From: a virus
Virus record (IMG/VR): IMGVR_UViG_3300045919_000302
Coordinates: 64,001 to 128,000 of that record
Strand: one strand, 5' to 3'
Length of the DNA: 64,000 nt
Both the position numbers and the translations under genes were made by a program. Numbering within the stretch: the first letter of the stretch is position 1; every line of letters begins with the position of its first letter. This document shows positions 39,949-49,693 of the stretch, piece after piece. Below the pieces are notes generated by a model. The model was not told where the DNA came from, made no database searches, and worked only from the letters and a program-made list of their open reading frames with translations.

Positions 39949-40239
39949 TTAACGCTTTTGCTCACAGAGTGGGCACGCGCCCATCTTCACGTTGAGCGCA
40001 GCCAGAATGTATGCGCTCATGTTTTGCAGCTTGGAAAGCTTGCTTGCGACCTTGGGATCAATTCGTACTGCGACGTTCTCCTTGGTCTCTTCGGACTTCT
40101 TCGGCCACGCCTTCTTGCAGACTGGACAGTTGTATTCCAGTGCCTCGACGCTCTCCTGGATGGTGGCCCCCTTTTTTTCGCTCTTATCCAAGAGACCTGA
40201 GATTAATCGAGTGACTCGTGCGCTGATGACTTCTTTCAT
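39949..40239 (-). CDS. tandem RHH-like regulator with two CxxC motifs
   Basis: VISARV... CPVC ... VAVRIDPKVASKL..MSAYILAAL...CPLC. Confidence 0.65.
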   Translation of the reverse strand: MKEVISARVTRLISGLLDKSEKKGATIQESVEALEYNCPVCKKAWPKKSEETKENVAVRIDPKVASKLSKLQNMSAYILAALNVKMGACPLCEQKR

Positions 40240-40814
40240 TTTCCACCTCTGATGATTTCGATGATTTGCGATTCGTGAACCGGTGCGAAGTCCCAGACAT
40301 CCACTCCGACGTTAATCCACTTATCTTTTGTCTTCCACTTCTCGTGGACGTGGCCGTGCAGAATCCAGCCTTCATCCTGAGGTCTAAACTCCTTGTATCT
40401 GACGTCGTAACCCTCAACTTCCACGAACGGCGGCATGTGATGCAAGAGGATAGGAACTCCGTCGATCTCGATCCGGGCTTCGAGCTGCACGGTCTTGAAC
40501 ACGGACAGATACAACTCCATCGCTTGGGCCATCTTGTTGGGCTTCGTTCGACAAGGATGGACCCAGTCGTGGTTGCCGGCGACCAGATGGATCTCGCCAT
40601 TCAGTCGCGGTCCAACCTCTGTGACCCAGTTCTTCCCGAGCGAGAAGTCGCCCAAGTACCAGACGAAGTCGCCTGGCTTCACCCGAGTGTTCCAGCGGTC
40701 AACCAGAATCGCATTCATCTCCTCTTTATCCAGAAATGGGCGATTGCAATACTTGATGACATTTTCGTGACCGAAAAGCTAATGATGGTCAGACGTGTAA
40801 AATCTGTTAACCAT
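40236..40814 (-). pseudogene. calcineurin-like metallophosphoesterase with in-frame TAG at codon 12
   Basis: MVNRFYTSDHH*LFGHENVIKYCNRPF...LGDFS...GNHD...HGHVH...NVGVD; ATG 40814 coupled to the upstream stop. Confidence 0.8.
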
Positions 40815-43800
40815 CGAGCACCTCGCCTTCTACATGTCCGACATGCTTTTTGAGTTGGTCGTTGGTTTTCTCGGTTCCCCAGTCCTTCTGGAGATCATCA
40901 AGGCCGATGCCCTTCTCCATCCACGCCTGCTCTTCGGCGGTGAGCTTCTTGCCTTCAAGCACCTTACGGGCCAACTCAGCCTTCTTTTTAAGGATCCCGA
41001 TGACTTTGGAGTCCCAACGATTGCCAGCAGCCTTGATCCAGTAGACGTTCACCATGTTCTTCTGACCGATACGGTGTGCTCGTGCAGTGGCCTGGGCTTC
41101 ATCGGCAGTATTCCACGGCAGGTCGTTGAAGATCACCTTGTCCGCCCGGGTCAGGGTTGCTCCGACCGCGAGGGATTGACGGGTGGTGCAGAACACCCGC
41201 TTGTCGGTTCCTTCGCGCTGGAACTCGGCCTTGGCCGCTTCGCGGACTTCGTCAGAAAGCTGGCCGTGATGGAGCAGGGAAAGGTCGCCCATGGCTTCGT
41301 GGATCTGTTTGGCAACTTCGACCGAGTCCGAGAATACGAGCATGCTTGAGTCGGAGGATTCGAGCATCTCCTTGATGAACTCGATCGTCGCTCCGGCCTT
41401 GTCGATGGCGATGTCGCTCTTCATCCGGGCGATGTCTTCGAAGTCGATCTTGCCGTCTTCCGGGATGTCGCGGCAGCCTTCGACTTCGAGTTCGATGATC
41501 GAAGTGAGCTTCTCCGGGAGATCCTTCAGGACTTGGGCCTTGGAGGCGGTCTTGTAGAACTCCTGGATCTTGTGCCAGGTGCCGCCGATGGTCGCCATCT
41601 TGAGCGCGGTCTTGGACTCGAAGAAGCCGGGGCGGATCAGCTCCACCTGGGTGAAGAGTTCGTCCTTCTTGTTCTTGATCGCGGTGCCCGAGAGGAGGAT
41701 CTTGTGGGCGAAGAGTGAGGAGACCGAGTGGACGGATTTGGTGATCTTGGCCTTCGGGTTCTTGATCGAGTGACTATTGTGAACCAGTGCTCCGTTTACA
41801 GAGAACGAAGGGTGGCCAGACACTTTGAGATCGTAGTAAAAACCCTGCTCGTTTCCTGGGTAACCTCCAGATTCGTGAACCGTAACACCGTCCACCCTAA
41901 TTCCTTTAACTTCAGATCTTTTTTCTTGTCCTGCTCTCTCCGAGACAAGTGCGACAAGCCGTCCACTTCTACGCACAGCCGGTCCGAGACCAGCGCAAGA
42001 TCCACTTTGTAGTTCGTTGGATATCCCGGAAATCTCCCACCCAAAGACACCGCGTGATTCCATTTCCACGAACGACCGAGGCGTGACAACAACAATCTCT
42101 CCGGTTTCGTCGGCCCGTGGCCGTTCCCGCCCCGAACTGTTGGCTTCCATCCTATTCGTTTCAGAGTCGCCGAGACTTTGGATCGCGTGGCTGCTGAATG
42201 CATGGGATTCTTCAGTCTCATGCGAATAGCCGAATCCGGCCTCGCCTTCCCGGTTAGCGAGTTGCTTATTTTTAAAGCTGTCTTCTTCGTGTAAACCTTT
42301 GCTCGAATAGCAGGTTGCCTCATTCTCCATTTCGCAGAGCAGGAGGTTCCGCAAAAACGCTGCTTTCTGTACTGGTTTGGCAGGAAACTCTTCGCGCAAT
42401 AACTGCACGGCTTCTTCTTGGCTGACAAGGGTGTCTCCTTCTTTTAGGTTTTCAGCAAACACCCACCCACGACTTGTAAGGAAAGGATGATGCGATGAAC
42501 ATGTGACCGTTTGTCCACCGTATCTTAATTCAGTGCGGCTGTCCAATATCTGCGTCCTCTTGGTTCCGAGAACAGTAGATGTACCGGCAGCCGAATAGAC
42601 CTCATCACCGACTTTTATTTGATCAATCCGCACCGGCCCACTTGGGGTATCAATAAGGGTCTCAGGTCCAAAGCACTCGTCGATCACCATCACGTCGAAA
42701 CCGGCGGCCTGGATCGCGGGGAGGAACTTCTCGAAGCTCGCGAAGTTGACGCTGGCGATTTGAACCTGGGAGAGATCCGGCATCCCGTTCTTCTTGAGCG
42801 ACTTCGGGGTCAGCTCAATGCAGCGGGTGAAGTAGCCCGGGAAGAACTTCTTGGCTTCCTGGATCCAGGTCCGGCGAACCACCTTGGGGCAGACCACCAG
42901 GATCCGCTTGTTGTTCATCGCGGCGTAGCAGAGGGAGATGAGGGTCTTACCGAGGCCCATCTCAGCGCCGATCAGGGCGTTGCCGTTGGCGACATTCAGG
43001 AAGCGGACGAAGTCGTTCTGGAAGGGGAACGGGACGATCTCGGGATTGATCATCGCCATCAGCTCCGGGATCGGGGCTTCGGCGGCGGCCTTCTTCATGT
43101 CGCGCTCGACCTGGGCTTCTTCGATACCCTGGAAGAAAAACTTCCAGCTCGGGAGCAACTCGCGGGCCTTGGTGATCGCTTCGAGGGCGAGATCGAGGTT
43201 GTTGGTCAGACGGGCCCAGTCGGAGACCCGGCACTCGACGATCCCGGAGAGCTGGCTCGTTTTGTTTGAGAAGAGGCCATTCAGAACGGTGGAGAACGAG
43301 AACCGGAACTCGAACATGTCGCCCACCTTGCGGCAGATGAAGGCGTTGTTGATCCGCTTCTGGTCGAGGAGGGAGAGAGCCTTCTCCAGAGTGAGTTCGG
43401 CCTCCGGGGTCTTCTCAAACACCGGCACCGGGTTCACGGTGAAGCCCAGGGCCTCTAACTCGGCCTTGTAGCCGGCGAAGTCGAATGAGTCGATGTTCCT
43501 GCCCGGAACGTAGTTACGATCGAGGCCCCGGTCCCACCAAAGGCCGAACTTCTGGTTGACCCGGATGTACCGACGGCGCACCAGGGTGGGGATCGAGCCT
43601 TCGTGAGACATGAGAAGGGCCGCACCCCAGCGGGCGTCAAGCACCTGGAGGACTGGGGTGATCGTCGGGAGCTTGATCTCAACCTTGACTTCAACCCGGA
43701 AGCTCTGGGGGTAGTTCTGCTCGACCGCTTCGCGGCCTTCTTCGCCGAACTGGCCGAGCTGGGTCTTGAGGTACTTCTTGAGGACGTGGGCCATCTCGGT

Positions 43801-43941
43801 GGCATCGCCCCGGACACCCGGCCAGCTGATCCAGTCAGGTTGATTGAAGCCGACCTCGTTCCGCTCCTTGACTTCGTCGATTCCAAACAGGAAGTCGCCC
43901 ATGTGGCAGAGAAGCTGAGCTTGAATCAAGAATTTTTCCAT
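40807..43941 (-). CDS. SNF2/HARP-like helicase containing an intein
   Basis: AEMGLGKT, VVCP, IDE|SH split by the intein, LSGT, GATLT, QATARAHRIGQ. Confidence 0.93.
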   Translation of the reverse strand: MEKFLIQAQLLCHMGDFLFGIDEVKERNEVGFNQPDWISWPGVRGDATEMAHVLKKYLKTQLGQFGEEGREAVEQNYPQSFRVEVKVEIKLPTITPVLQVLDARWGAALLMSHEGSIPTLVRRRYIRVNQKFGLWWDRGLDRNYVPGRNIDSFDFAGYKAELEALGFTVNPVPVFEKTPEAELTLEKALSLLDQKRINNAFICRKVGDMFEFRFSFSTVLNGLFSNKTSQLSGIVECRVSDWARLTNNLDLALEAITKARELLPSWKFFFQGIEEAQVERDMKKAAAEAPIPELMAMINPEIVPFPFQNDFVRFLNVANGNALIGAEMGLGKTLISLCYAAMNNKRILVVCPKVVRRTWIQEAKKFFPGYFTRCIELTPKSLKKNGMPDLSQVQIASVNFASFEKFLPAIQAAGFDVMVIDECFGPETLIDTPSGPVRIDQIKVGDEVYSAAGTSTVLGTKRTQILDSRTELRYGGQTVTCSSHHPFLTSRGWVFAENLKEGDTLVSQEEAVQLLREEFPAKPVQKAAFLRNLLLCEMENEATCYSSKGLHEEDSFKNKQLANREGEAGFGYSHETEESHAFSSHAIQSLGDSETNRMEANSSGRERPRADETGEIVVVTPRSFVEMESRGVFGWEISGISNELQSGSCAGLGPAVRRSGRLVALVSERAGQEKRSEVKGIRVDGVTVHESGGYPGNEQGFYYDLKVSGHPSFSVNGALVHNSHSIKNPKAKITKSVHSVSSLFAHKILLSGTAIKNKKDELFTQVELIRPGFFESKTALKMATIGGTWHKIQEFYKTASKAQVLKDLPEKLTSIIELEVEGCRDIPEDGKIDFEDIARMKSDIAIDKAGATIEFIKEMLESSDSSMLVFSDSVEVAKQIHEAMGDLSLLHHGQLSDEVREAAKAEFQREGTDKRVFCTTRQSLAVGATLTRADKVIFNDLPWNTADEAQATARAHRIGQKNMVNVYWIKAAGNRWDSKVIGILKKKAELARKVLEGKKLTAEEQAWMEKGIGLDDLQKDWGTEKTNDQLKKHVGHVEGEVLDG
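41776..42675 (-). mobile_element. intein (300 aa) at helicase motif II, with alternate-frame endonuclease
   Basis: Starts CFGPETLIDT, block B CSSHHPFLT, block F YYDLKV, ends LVHN before Ser. Confidence 0.95.
41796..42428 (-). CDS. Vsr/DUF559-type endonuclease overprinted in the +1 frame of the intein
   Basis: CSYC..FCGTSC finger, NUMOD3-like basic repeats, PTKPE, VDLA..LCVEVDGLSH, DKKKD..L..LGWTVLRF; SD AAGGAG-N6-TTG. Confidence 0.9.
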   Translation of the reverse strand: MSAKKKPCSYCAKSFLPNQYRKQRFCGTSCSAKWRMRQPAIRAKVYTKKTALKISNSLTGKARPDSAIRMRLKNPMHSAATRSKVSATLKRIGWKPTVRGGNGHGPTKPERLLLSRLGRSWKWNHAVSLGGRFPGYPTNYKVDLALVSDRLCVEVDGLSHLSRREQDKKKDLKLKELGWTVLRFTNLEVTQETSRVFTTISKCLATLRSL

Positions 43942-43959
43942 TTCGAACCTCTTGAATAC

Positions 43960-43996
43960 AGCTTATCTGTTTTGTAATCAATCGTAAACTGTGTCA
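43960..43996 (-). promoter_or_regulatory. phage promoter, class A
   Basis: TTTACG-N17-TAAGCT; 22/23 identity with 54687-54709. Confidence 0.75.
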
Positions 43997-44257
43997 CCCT
44001 TGACCCTTGCTATTGATTTTCTTCAGATCCTTGACCAGGCGTTTCATCTCACGAATTGTTTCCTTGGCATGCAGAAGGAGGTTTTCAAGCTGCTTGGCTG
44101 AGTAGGTGCGACCCCTCCAGGTGCCCTTGGCCCCGACGACCTTCTTCCGCCAGCGGTAATAAGTTGCCCTGGAGATCCCGACACGCCGAAGGGCCGCTCG
44201 CTCTGGTATCCCTCGACTGACCAAGTTGCCCACCATCAGGACTTCCGTTTTCCTCAC
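43994..44257 (-). CDS. HTH DNA-binding protein with coiled coil
   Basis: AALRRVGISRATYYRWRKK. Confidence 0.75.
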   Translation of the reverse strand: MRKTEVLMVGNLVSRGIPERAALRRVGISRATYYRWRKKVVGAKGTWRGRTYSAKQLENLLLHAKETIREMKRLVKDLKKINSKGQG

Positions 44258-46201
44258 GGGATCTTCACCTTGACGCCGATAGACTTCAGGGCTTTGATGC
44301 GGTCAAGGACATGCTTTTTTGTACATTGGATAGACTCGTTGACGCTCTCCTTGGCCTCCCTGACGACCGCACCCTTTGTCGAGAGTCCGAAGGTGTTTCC
44401 GGATGCAACCGGACCCTCAAAGACGGCGCGGTAATAGACCCGCTTCACTTTTTTTGAGAACTTAATCTCCTCAACGGTGTCGCGATAAACCGCTATCTTG
44501 TGCCCCCGATGGGATACAAAGATAAGGCATCGCTTCTCTCTAATTCCGATAACGTGATCATCCGAAATTACGTCTTTCATTTTTCTCATGGTCATTCCTT
44601 TCTATATTTCTTCAGCTCTGCGCTCAGTTCGCAAAGCTTCTCGTAGGTTCTGGAGATCTCAAGCACAAGCTCGTCTGGAACCTCGATACCGTCTTCTTCA
44701 AGAACGTCCTCTCCAAACCACTCCTTCGCCTCCTCCGGAAGGCGTGCCAGTGTCAGCAGGGGGTCGTGAGTGTAGATAAGAACCCTCATTTCCTCTCTCC
44801 CTTTTCGATCCCAACATCTTTGATCCCGAAAATGTTGGCTGCACAATCGCAACCAAGCCACATAGAGATCAGCTTCCCACTCTTCTTGTCCTTGGCTTCG
44901 ATCGGAACGAACCGGCCAGAAGGAATGTGCTTGCCGCAAGCCTGGCACCCAGAGACGAACCGGCTCTGGTTGTGGACGATCCCTTTGGACCACGCGACGA
45001 TATAGTAGGTCTCCATGAGGCGCTTGCCGTCCGCACCGAAGGCCGGAACGAGCTTGTCGTTGATCTCCTGGGTCAGAACCAACCCGGTCCAGGGGTCTTT
45101 TCGCTCCGGGACCACCGGCACTTTCTTCTTCGTCCACTTGAAGGCTGGGCGCTGGCGGGGCTCGATCTTCGCCATCTTGATACTCGGGAGATCCAGGTCC
45201 AGGTTGCACTCAGTCAGGGTCTTTGTGACCTTCGGGCTGAGCCCGATCGGAGTAATCCTGGGGAGCGGGCGGGCGTCGTTCAGAAGCTCAACGGCCGCGT
45301 CCTTCTCCGCGCAGAGAGCGAGCCAGGCTTTGATCTGCTCGTCAGTCGGCTTGTACTCGATGGACTGGCCCTTTCTCCCGATCACACGCTCGCGCATCAC
45401 GGGGATGACCTTGTCGAGGTTGGAGGCTTTCCCGTAGCGGGCGCTGCCGTAGCTCAAAGCCATGGTCAGGGCGTTCATGTCATCGCGGTGCTTGTCCTTG
45501 GCGGTAAAATGGGCCTCCTTCAGTCGAAGGTACCCGGCCAGGCCCTGGTAGAAGCCGGAGCTTGCCTTAACGGATCCTCGGGGCGTCCAAGCGCCCTGAG
45601 CCAGGGACTCGTTGAGGATGGCCACGCTCGCGTTGAACTTCGCGAGCCTTGCGCCGCTCATCGCGGACTGAACGATCGACACTAATTTTGGATTCAAGTT
45701 CTTCACAAGGTCTCCTCAGTCGATTTTTTTAGCGCTATAGTATCCGTAGGCGTCTTTCGCGAGCTTGAAGTTGCCCATCTCAGTGCGGACGATCATGTCA
45801 TCGTCAACCAGGGCCACGGCTTTCGGTGCTTCGTAGTGGTCGGTAAGACATGAGCCATGTTTACTGACACAGGCCGAATGCCCACGACCATCCAGGTCGT
45901 CGCCAGACGGGGAGAAGAGCAGCGAGAGATCTTCGTAGCAGTCGAGCGAGCCTGACCGCGCCCGGATCGTTTGGCGGACTTTGATCTGGAAGCAGCAGAA
46001 CGGGTTCGTATTCCCATACTGGACCTTCTCGCCATTCAAGGGCGTAGAGCTGAGACGAACCGTCTCTTGAACGAAGGAGACGACATCCGCCTCCCGCCCA
46101 GACCCCACAACATGTCCCTTCTCGTCGTAGACGGCATGGGTGATGTTTTTCGAGTTCTTCTCGGCCAAGGGTTTGATGGTCAGTTTCATAAAGGTCTCCA
46201 T
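44254..46201 (-). CDS. four hypothetical early proteins (44254..44595, 44592..44789, 44786..45706, 45716..46201)
   Basis: Coupled ORFs; 44786..45706 ends in a CQACG...GCDCA zinc finger. Confidence 0.65.
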
Positions 46202-46242
46202 GACTCAAAGCGTAACAACCCTGTAAGCGTTTGTCAACAGTC
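46202..46242 (-). promoter_or_regulatory. sigma70-like promoter, apparently leaderless
   Basis: TTGACA-N17-TACGCT-N7-ATG. Confidence 0.7.
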
Positions 46243-46276
46243 AGGGCAAAAAAATGGGCCACCCCTGTGTCAGAAC

Positions 46277-47026
46277 TTACCGTTCGCAGGTTAGGCAGTA
46301 GCGACTGCCTCTATAAATCCTAGTATTTTTTGGACTATACCTATGCCCGCGAGAGCAGTGGGTTTTCGCCTTATTGGAGAACAGTTTGGGCGAAAGAGCC
46401 CTGGATAAGGGCCAGCCTTTCGCTAGACGAGCCTCTATGGTCGCAGGCTTTAGCCCCAGCTTCCTGGCCCACTGAGAAACCGTGAGACGCTCACCATTGA
46501 ATTCAATAAACACACTGGAGCGGCGATTATTTGCCTGCTCGATTGCGTCTGCCCATCGACAATTTCCAGGCTCATAGTTCCCGTTGTTTTCAATTCGCTC
46601 AATCGAATTTTTCCCAGCTGGCGGTTGGCCCATGTCCTCAAGAAACCGATCAAACTCCTGCCATCGCGAGCAGACAGCGATGCCTCTCGCTCCATGGCTT
46701 TGGTACCTATTGCTACCGGGGTTGAAGCAGCGCTGTAACATTGCCCTCCATGAGCGATAGGCCGGCGAGCGAGAAAGCATCTTCCTGGATCTATAAAGAC
46801 AGCCGCAAGCAACGCGCTTGCCTCTCCTGGCATTCATCAGATTCGGGCGACCTTTAACCGTTTCAGATCCGCAGTCACAGCGGCACCGCCAATAGGAGTT
46901 TGAATTTCTCGTTTCGACAAACTCAATGACTACGAGCTTGTCGAAACGAGAGCCAACAAGAGACCTATCTAAAGAGGGCGGTGAGCGCTCCGAGGAATGG
47001 TTTGTTTGATCCGACAGCTTGCTCAT
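46277..47026 (-). CDS. free-standing HNH homing endonuclease (start uncertain)
   Basis: [41 protein letters not shown]-terminal THCSRGH..CLTC. Confidence 0.88.
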   Translation of the reverse strand: MSKLSDQTNHSSERSPPSLDRSLVGSRFDKLVVIEFVETRNSNSYWRCRCDCGSETVKGRPNLMNARRGKRVACGCLYRSRKMLSRSPAYRSWRAMLQRCFNPGSNRYQSHGARGIAVCSRWQEFDRFLEDMGQPPAGKNSIERIENNGNYEPGNCRWADAIEQANNRRSSVFIEFNGERLTVSQWARKLGLKPATIEARLAKGWPLSRALSPKLFSNKAKTHCSRGHRYSPKNTRIYRGSRYCLTCER

Positions 47027-47867
47027 TGAAGTACCAATAAAAGAACCCACCAAAATAACGGGGGTTATTTACCTGAAGTGTAACATATTGACGAGCGTAA
47101 TCTGAGAGCTGCTGGGTTGTGCCGCTCTTCAGGCCAATTTCTCCAAAGCCAACCTTTGCATTGGGAAAGATTGAAGCCAGGCGATCAAAGGTCTGCTGCC
47201 ATTCCGGCAGTGCCGGCTCTCGGCCGTTGCAATCTTGCGAATAGTAAGAAATCGTGGCCAGATCCGTACCCTGCTTGACTCGGTCTGCGACATAGGTCTG
47301 GATCCAGTCGAACATTGGGCCATGCGCGTCTTCGCATGTGTTGTTGTAATAAACAGTGGTCATGACAGGGATTCCACGAGCCTTGACCGCATCGTAGCCA
47401 GCGGAGATCTTTGCGGCAACGTCGCTTGACGCACCAAGCCAATCGCCATTGATCTCGTTCCCAGACTCTAGCGCAATGACCTTCCCTTTGAAGGCATCGG
47501 CGTAGGCAGCCATCCGTGCTGCATACTGGGACGCCGAGAGCTTCTTGACCCCTTCCGAGTCCACCGGTTGACCAACAACGTCGGCCACGGCGGAAATTTG
47601 AACTACCGCATCCATGTAATCCGAAGGATTCATTCCCGGATCGAAGACAACTCGGACCATCGGCCGAACCGAAAAAGATCTCAATGCCGCAACAACGCCG
47701 GCCAGATTCGTCGTATTGTCAACCGTGACGCCGTACCGTAATCCCGCCACCGGATTCGGCAGGGGACTGACGGAGACCTGAGGCTCGGGGGTCGGAAGTG
47801 GATCCGGTTTGTTCTGCGGACAGCCGGAAAAAACCAAGAGCGTGGCAATAAGTAGAAGTGTTTTCAT
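46965..47867 (-). CDS. lipoprotein with putative clan-A glycoside-hydrolase TIM barrel
   Basis: Lipobox LVFSGC, Pro-rich linker, GNEIN and GFGEIG glutamate motifs. Confidence 0.65.
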   Translation of the reverse strand: MKTLLLIATLLVFSGCPQNKPDPLPTPEPQVSVSPLPNPVAGLRYGVTVDNTTNLAGVVAALRSFSVRPMVRVVFDPGMNPSDYMDAVVQISAVADVVGQPVDSEGVKKLSASQYAARMAAYADAFKGKVIALESGNEINGDWLGASSDVAAKISAGYDAVKARGIPVMTTVYYNNTCEDAHGPMFDWIQTYVADRVKQGTDLATISYYSQDCNGREPALPEWQQTFDRLASIFPNAKVGFGEIGLKSGTTQQLSDYARQYVTLQVNNPRYFGGFFYWYFNEQAVGSNKPFLGALTALFR

Positions 47868-47882
47868 GTCCCCGACTCTATG

Positions 47883-48233
47883 TCACTCGATCACGATCTT
47901 CCACTTGTTCTTGCGGAGGGTCTCGTAAAGGGCCTCCTCAAGCTTCAAGACCATGCTCTCCGGAAGTTTAATCTTGTACTCATGCGCCATGGCATGGAGC
48001 ACCTCGTGAATCACTGTGCTCTCGGTGTTCTCGATGCCCTCGTCGAGCGAAACCTCGATCCTGGGGATGTCGTAGTAAGTGCAGCCGTACTCATCGGGCA
48101 TTGTGGTCAGATAGGTGATGGGATAACTTTGCTCTTTCACCAGAACAGCGCTCGGGAGCTTCTTGAAGACCATAGCGTTTGCGTCCTCTCTCTGGAAAAG
48201 AATCAGGACAATGAGCCAAAGCATCTTCACCAA
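47883..48233 (-). CDS. HExxH zincin-like protein
   Basis: TVIHEVLHA. Confidence 0.7.
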   Translation of the reverse strand: MVKMLWLIVLILFQREDANAMVFKKLPSAVLVKEQSYPITYLTTMPDEYGCTYYDIPRIEVSLDEGIENTESTVIHEVLHAMAHEYKIKLPESMVLKLEEALYETLRKNKWKIVIE

Positions 48234-49501
48234 ATGAGCTTGATCGCCTGTTCCGGTGTAGATGCTTCCATCTCAAATCCGTCGCAGAAGATGGGCATCT
48301 GATGAGTGATCTCCCCGGCCTGGTTTACGATGAACAGGGCCTGCTTTGGGCGCTCGAACATGAAGTTCGAAATGAAGGCGTACTCGTCATACCCCTTCAT
48401 TGATCCGTTGATGATCAGCGACTCCGTCATAATGAGCTGGTGAAAGTGACCAACCATCATCAGATCGAATGGCCGTCGGACCGAGGCGTTTCGCTTCTGC
48501 TTTCGACTCATCCCGAGCATGAGCGGGCTGAAGATCCCGGAGATTCCATTCCCACCCCTGAACTGGTCGCCATGGGTCAAGAGGATAGTCTTCGAGTAGA
48601 TTTGGAACTGGGCGTCGGCCCCGTCAGGAATCATGAACGCGACATTCTGATTGTCTCGGTAATGCCTGGCCAGAAACTGGTAGAGAACCCACTCGTAGTT
48701 GTCGTAGACCTTATTTTTGGCCCGAGGCTTCTTGTGATGCCGACCGTGATTTCCGACGACCGCCGGAATGAAGACCTTTTTGAATCTCGACAGAAGACGA
48801 TCAATCACACCGATGAAGTGCCCGATCCAGAAGACAATCGACCGATTGATCGAGTCTTCATTCGTCTCGGCAAGTTCCTCGTGGATGTTTCCTGAAAAGA
48901 TGTCGCCGCCCAGAGCTAGAACAATCCCAGGGTATCTCGGATTCTTCACGTGCTCAGTGAGGAGTGTAATCGCGGTATTGACCGTGTGGTGCAATCTCTC
49001 AACAGCGATCTGACGATTGTACTTATTCAGGTTCTGGATCTGCTCAGCGCATACCACCTCGTCCAAGTGCAGGTCCGAGAGAAAAAGGACTGGAACGCCG
49101 CTGGTCTCTGCATCCAAAATTTTAGGCTTGAGCCATTCCACCTTTCGATTCAGGTGCGCCTGACTGACGCCGTGAACCGTGTCACGGAGGGTCTTTGACG
49201 ATACAGCTTCATCCTCGATGTCAGAGATGTGTTTATTGAGTCGTTTGATCTCATCCTTGTGTTCACTCAACCTCACGCGGAGATCGGCGAGGCTCTTGAC
49301 CTCGGGGTCGTCGTACTTAAGAGCGCCAGAGGCGGAGAGCGATGCCGCCCATCCGCCAAATACTTTCCTTAGCTCCCACTCTTTGAATTTTCCAGAGGTG
49401 AGGTACTCATGCTTTTCGGGGACTCTTTTCAACTTGTCTGCGAGATCTTTGATGTCCTTCTTGATCAGGTCGGCCTTCGACATCTGCTTAGACATGAACA
49501 A
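48227..49501 (-). CDS. calcineurin-like metallophosphoesterase (DNA pol small-subunit/Mre11-like)
   Basis: LSDLH, GGD, GNHGR, THGD, GHFH; N-terminal FGGWAASL helical domain. Confidence 0.88.
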   Translation of the reverse strand: MFMSKQMSKADLIKKDIKDLADKLKRVPEKHEYLTSGKFKEWELRKVFGGWAASLSASGALKYDDPEVKSLADLRVRLSEHKDEIKRLNKHISDIEDEAVSSKTLRDTVHGVSQAHLNRKVEWLKPKILDAETSGVPVLFLSDLHLDEVVCAEQIQNLNKYNRQIAVERLHHTVNTAITLLTEHVKNPRYPGIVLALGGDIFSGNIHEELAETNEDSINRSIVFWIGHFIGVIDRLLSRFKKVFIPAVVGNHGRHHKKPRAKNKVYDNYEWVLYQFLARHYRDNQNVAFMIPDGADAQFQIYSKTILLTHGDQFRGGNGISGIFSPLMLGMSRKQKRNASVRRPFDLMMVGHFHQLIMTESLIINGSMKGYDEYAFISNFMFERPKQALFIVNQAGEITHQMPIFCDGFEMEASTPEQAIKLIW

Positions 49502-49581
49502 ACCGTCGCACCCCTGTTATCAACCAAACACAACAGGTGCCCCTTTGATTCAATTGTTCGCGTGTAAGAAAGAACTGTCGA

Positions 49582-49616
49582 GAAAAAAATGCCCCGGAGG
49601 ACTATCCCCCAGGGCA
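49582..49616 (-). terminator. intrinsic terminator
   Basis: Minus-strand UGCCCUGGGGGA-UAG-UCCUCCGGGGCA followed by U7. Confidence 0.75.
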
Positions 49617-49693
49617 CCCTACCTGTTGCAGATCCAAGCCGTTTGCGAGAGCTTGAACATAAATAGTTTATATATAAAAACTAAAACTGCAAG

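Noticed and set aside
40779-40781. Genome-wide TAG recoding
   Set aside because: Other genes are full length in the standard code, some end plausibly at TAG (e.g. 30363), and this TAG is part of a 2-codon insertion relative to the family motif.
43994-44257. IS3-family transposase OrfA
   Set aside because: The HTH and coil resemble it, but no DDE OrfB or terminal inverted repeats are adjacent.
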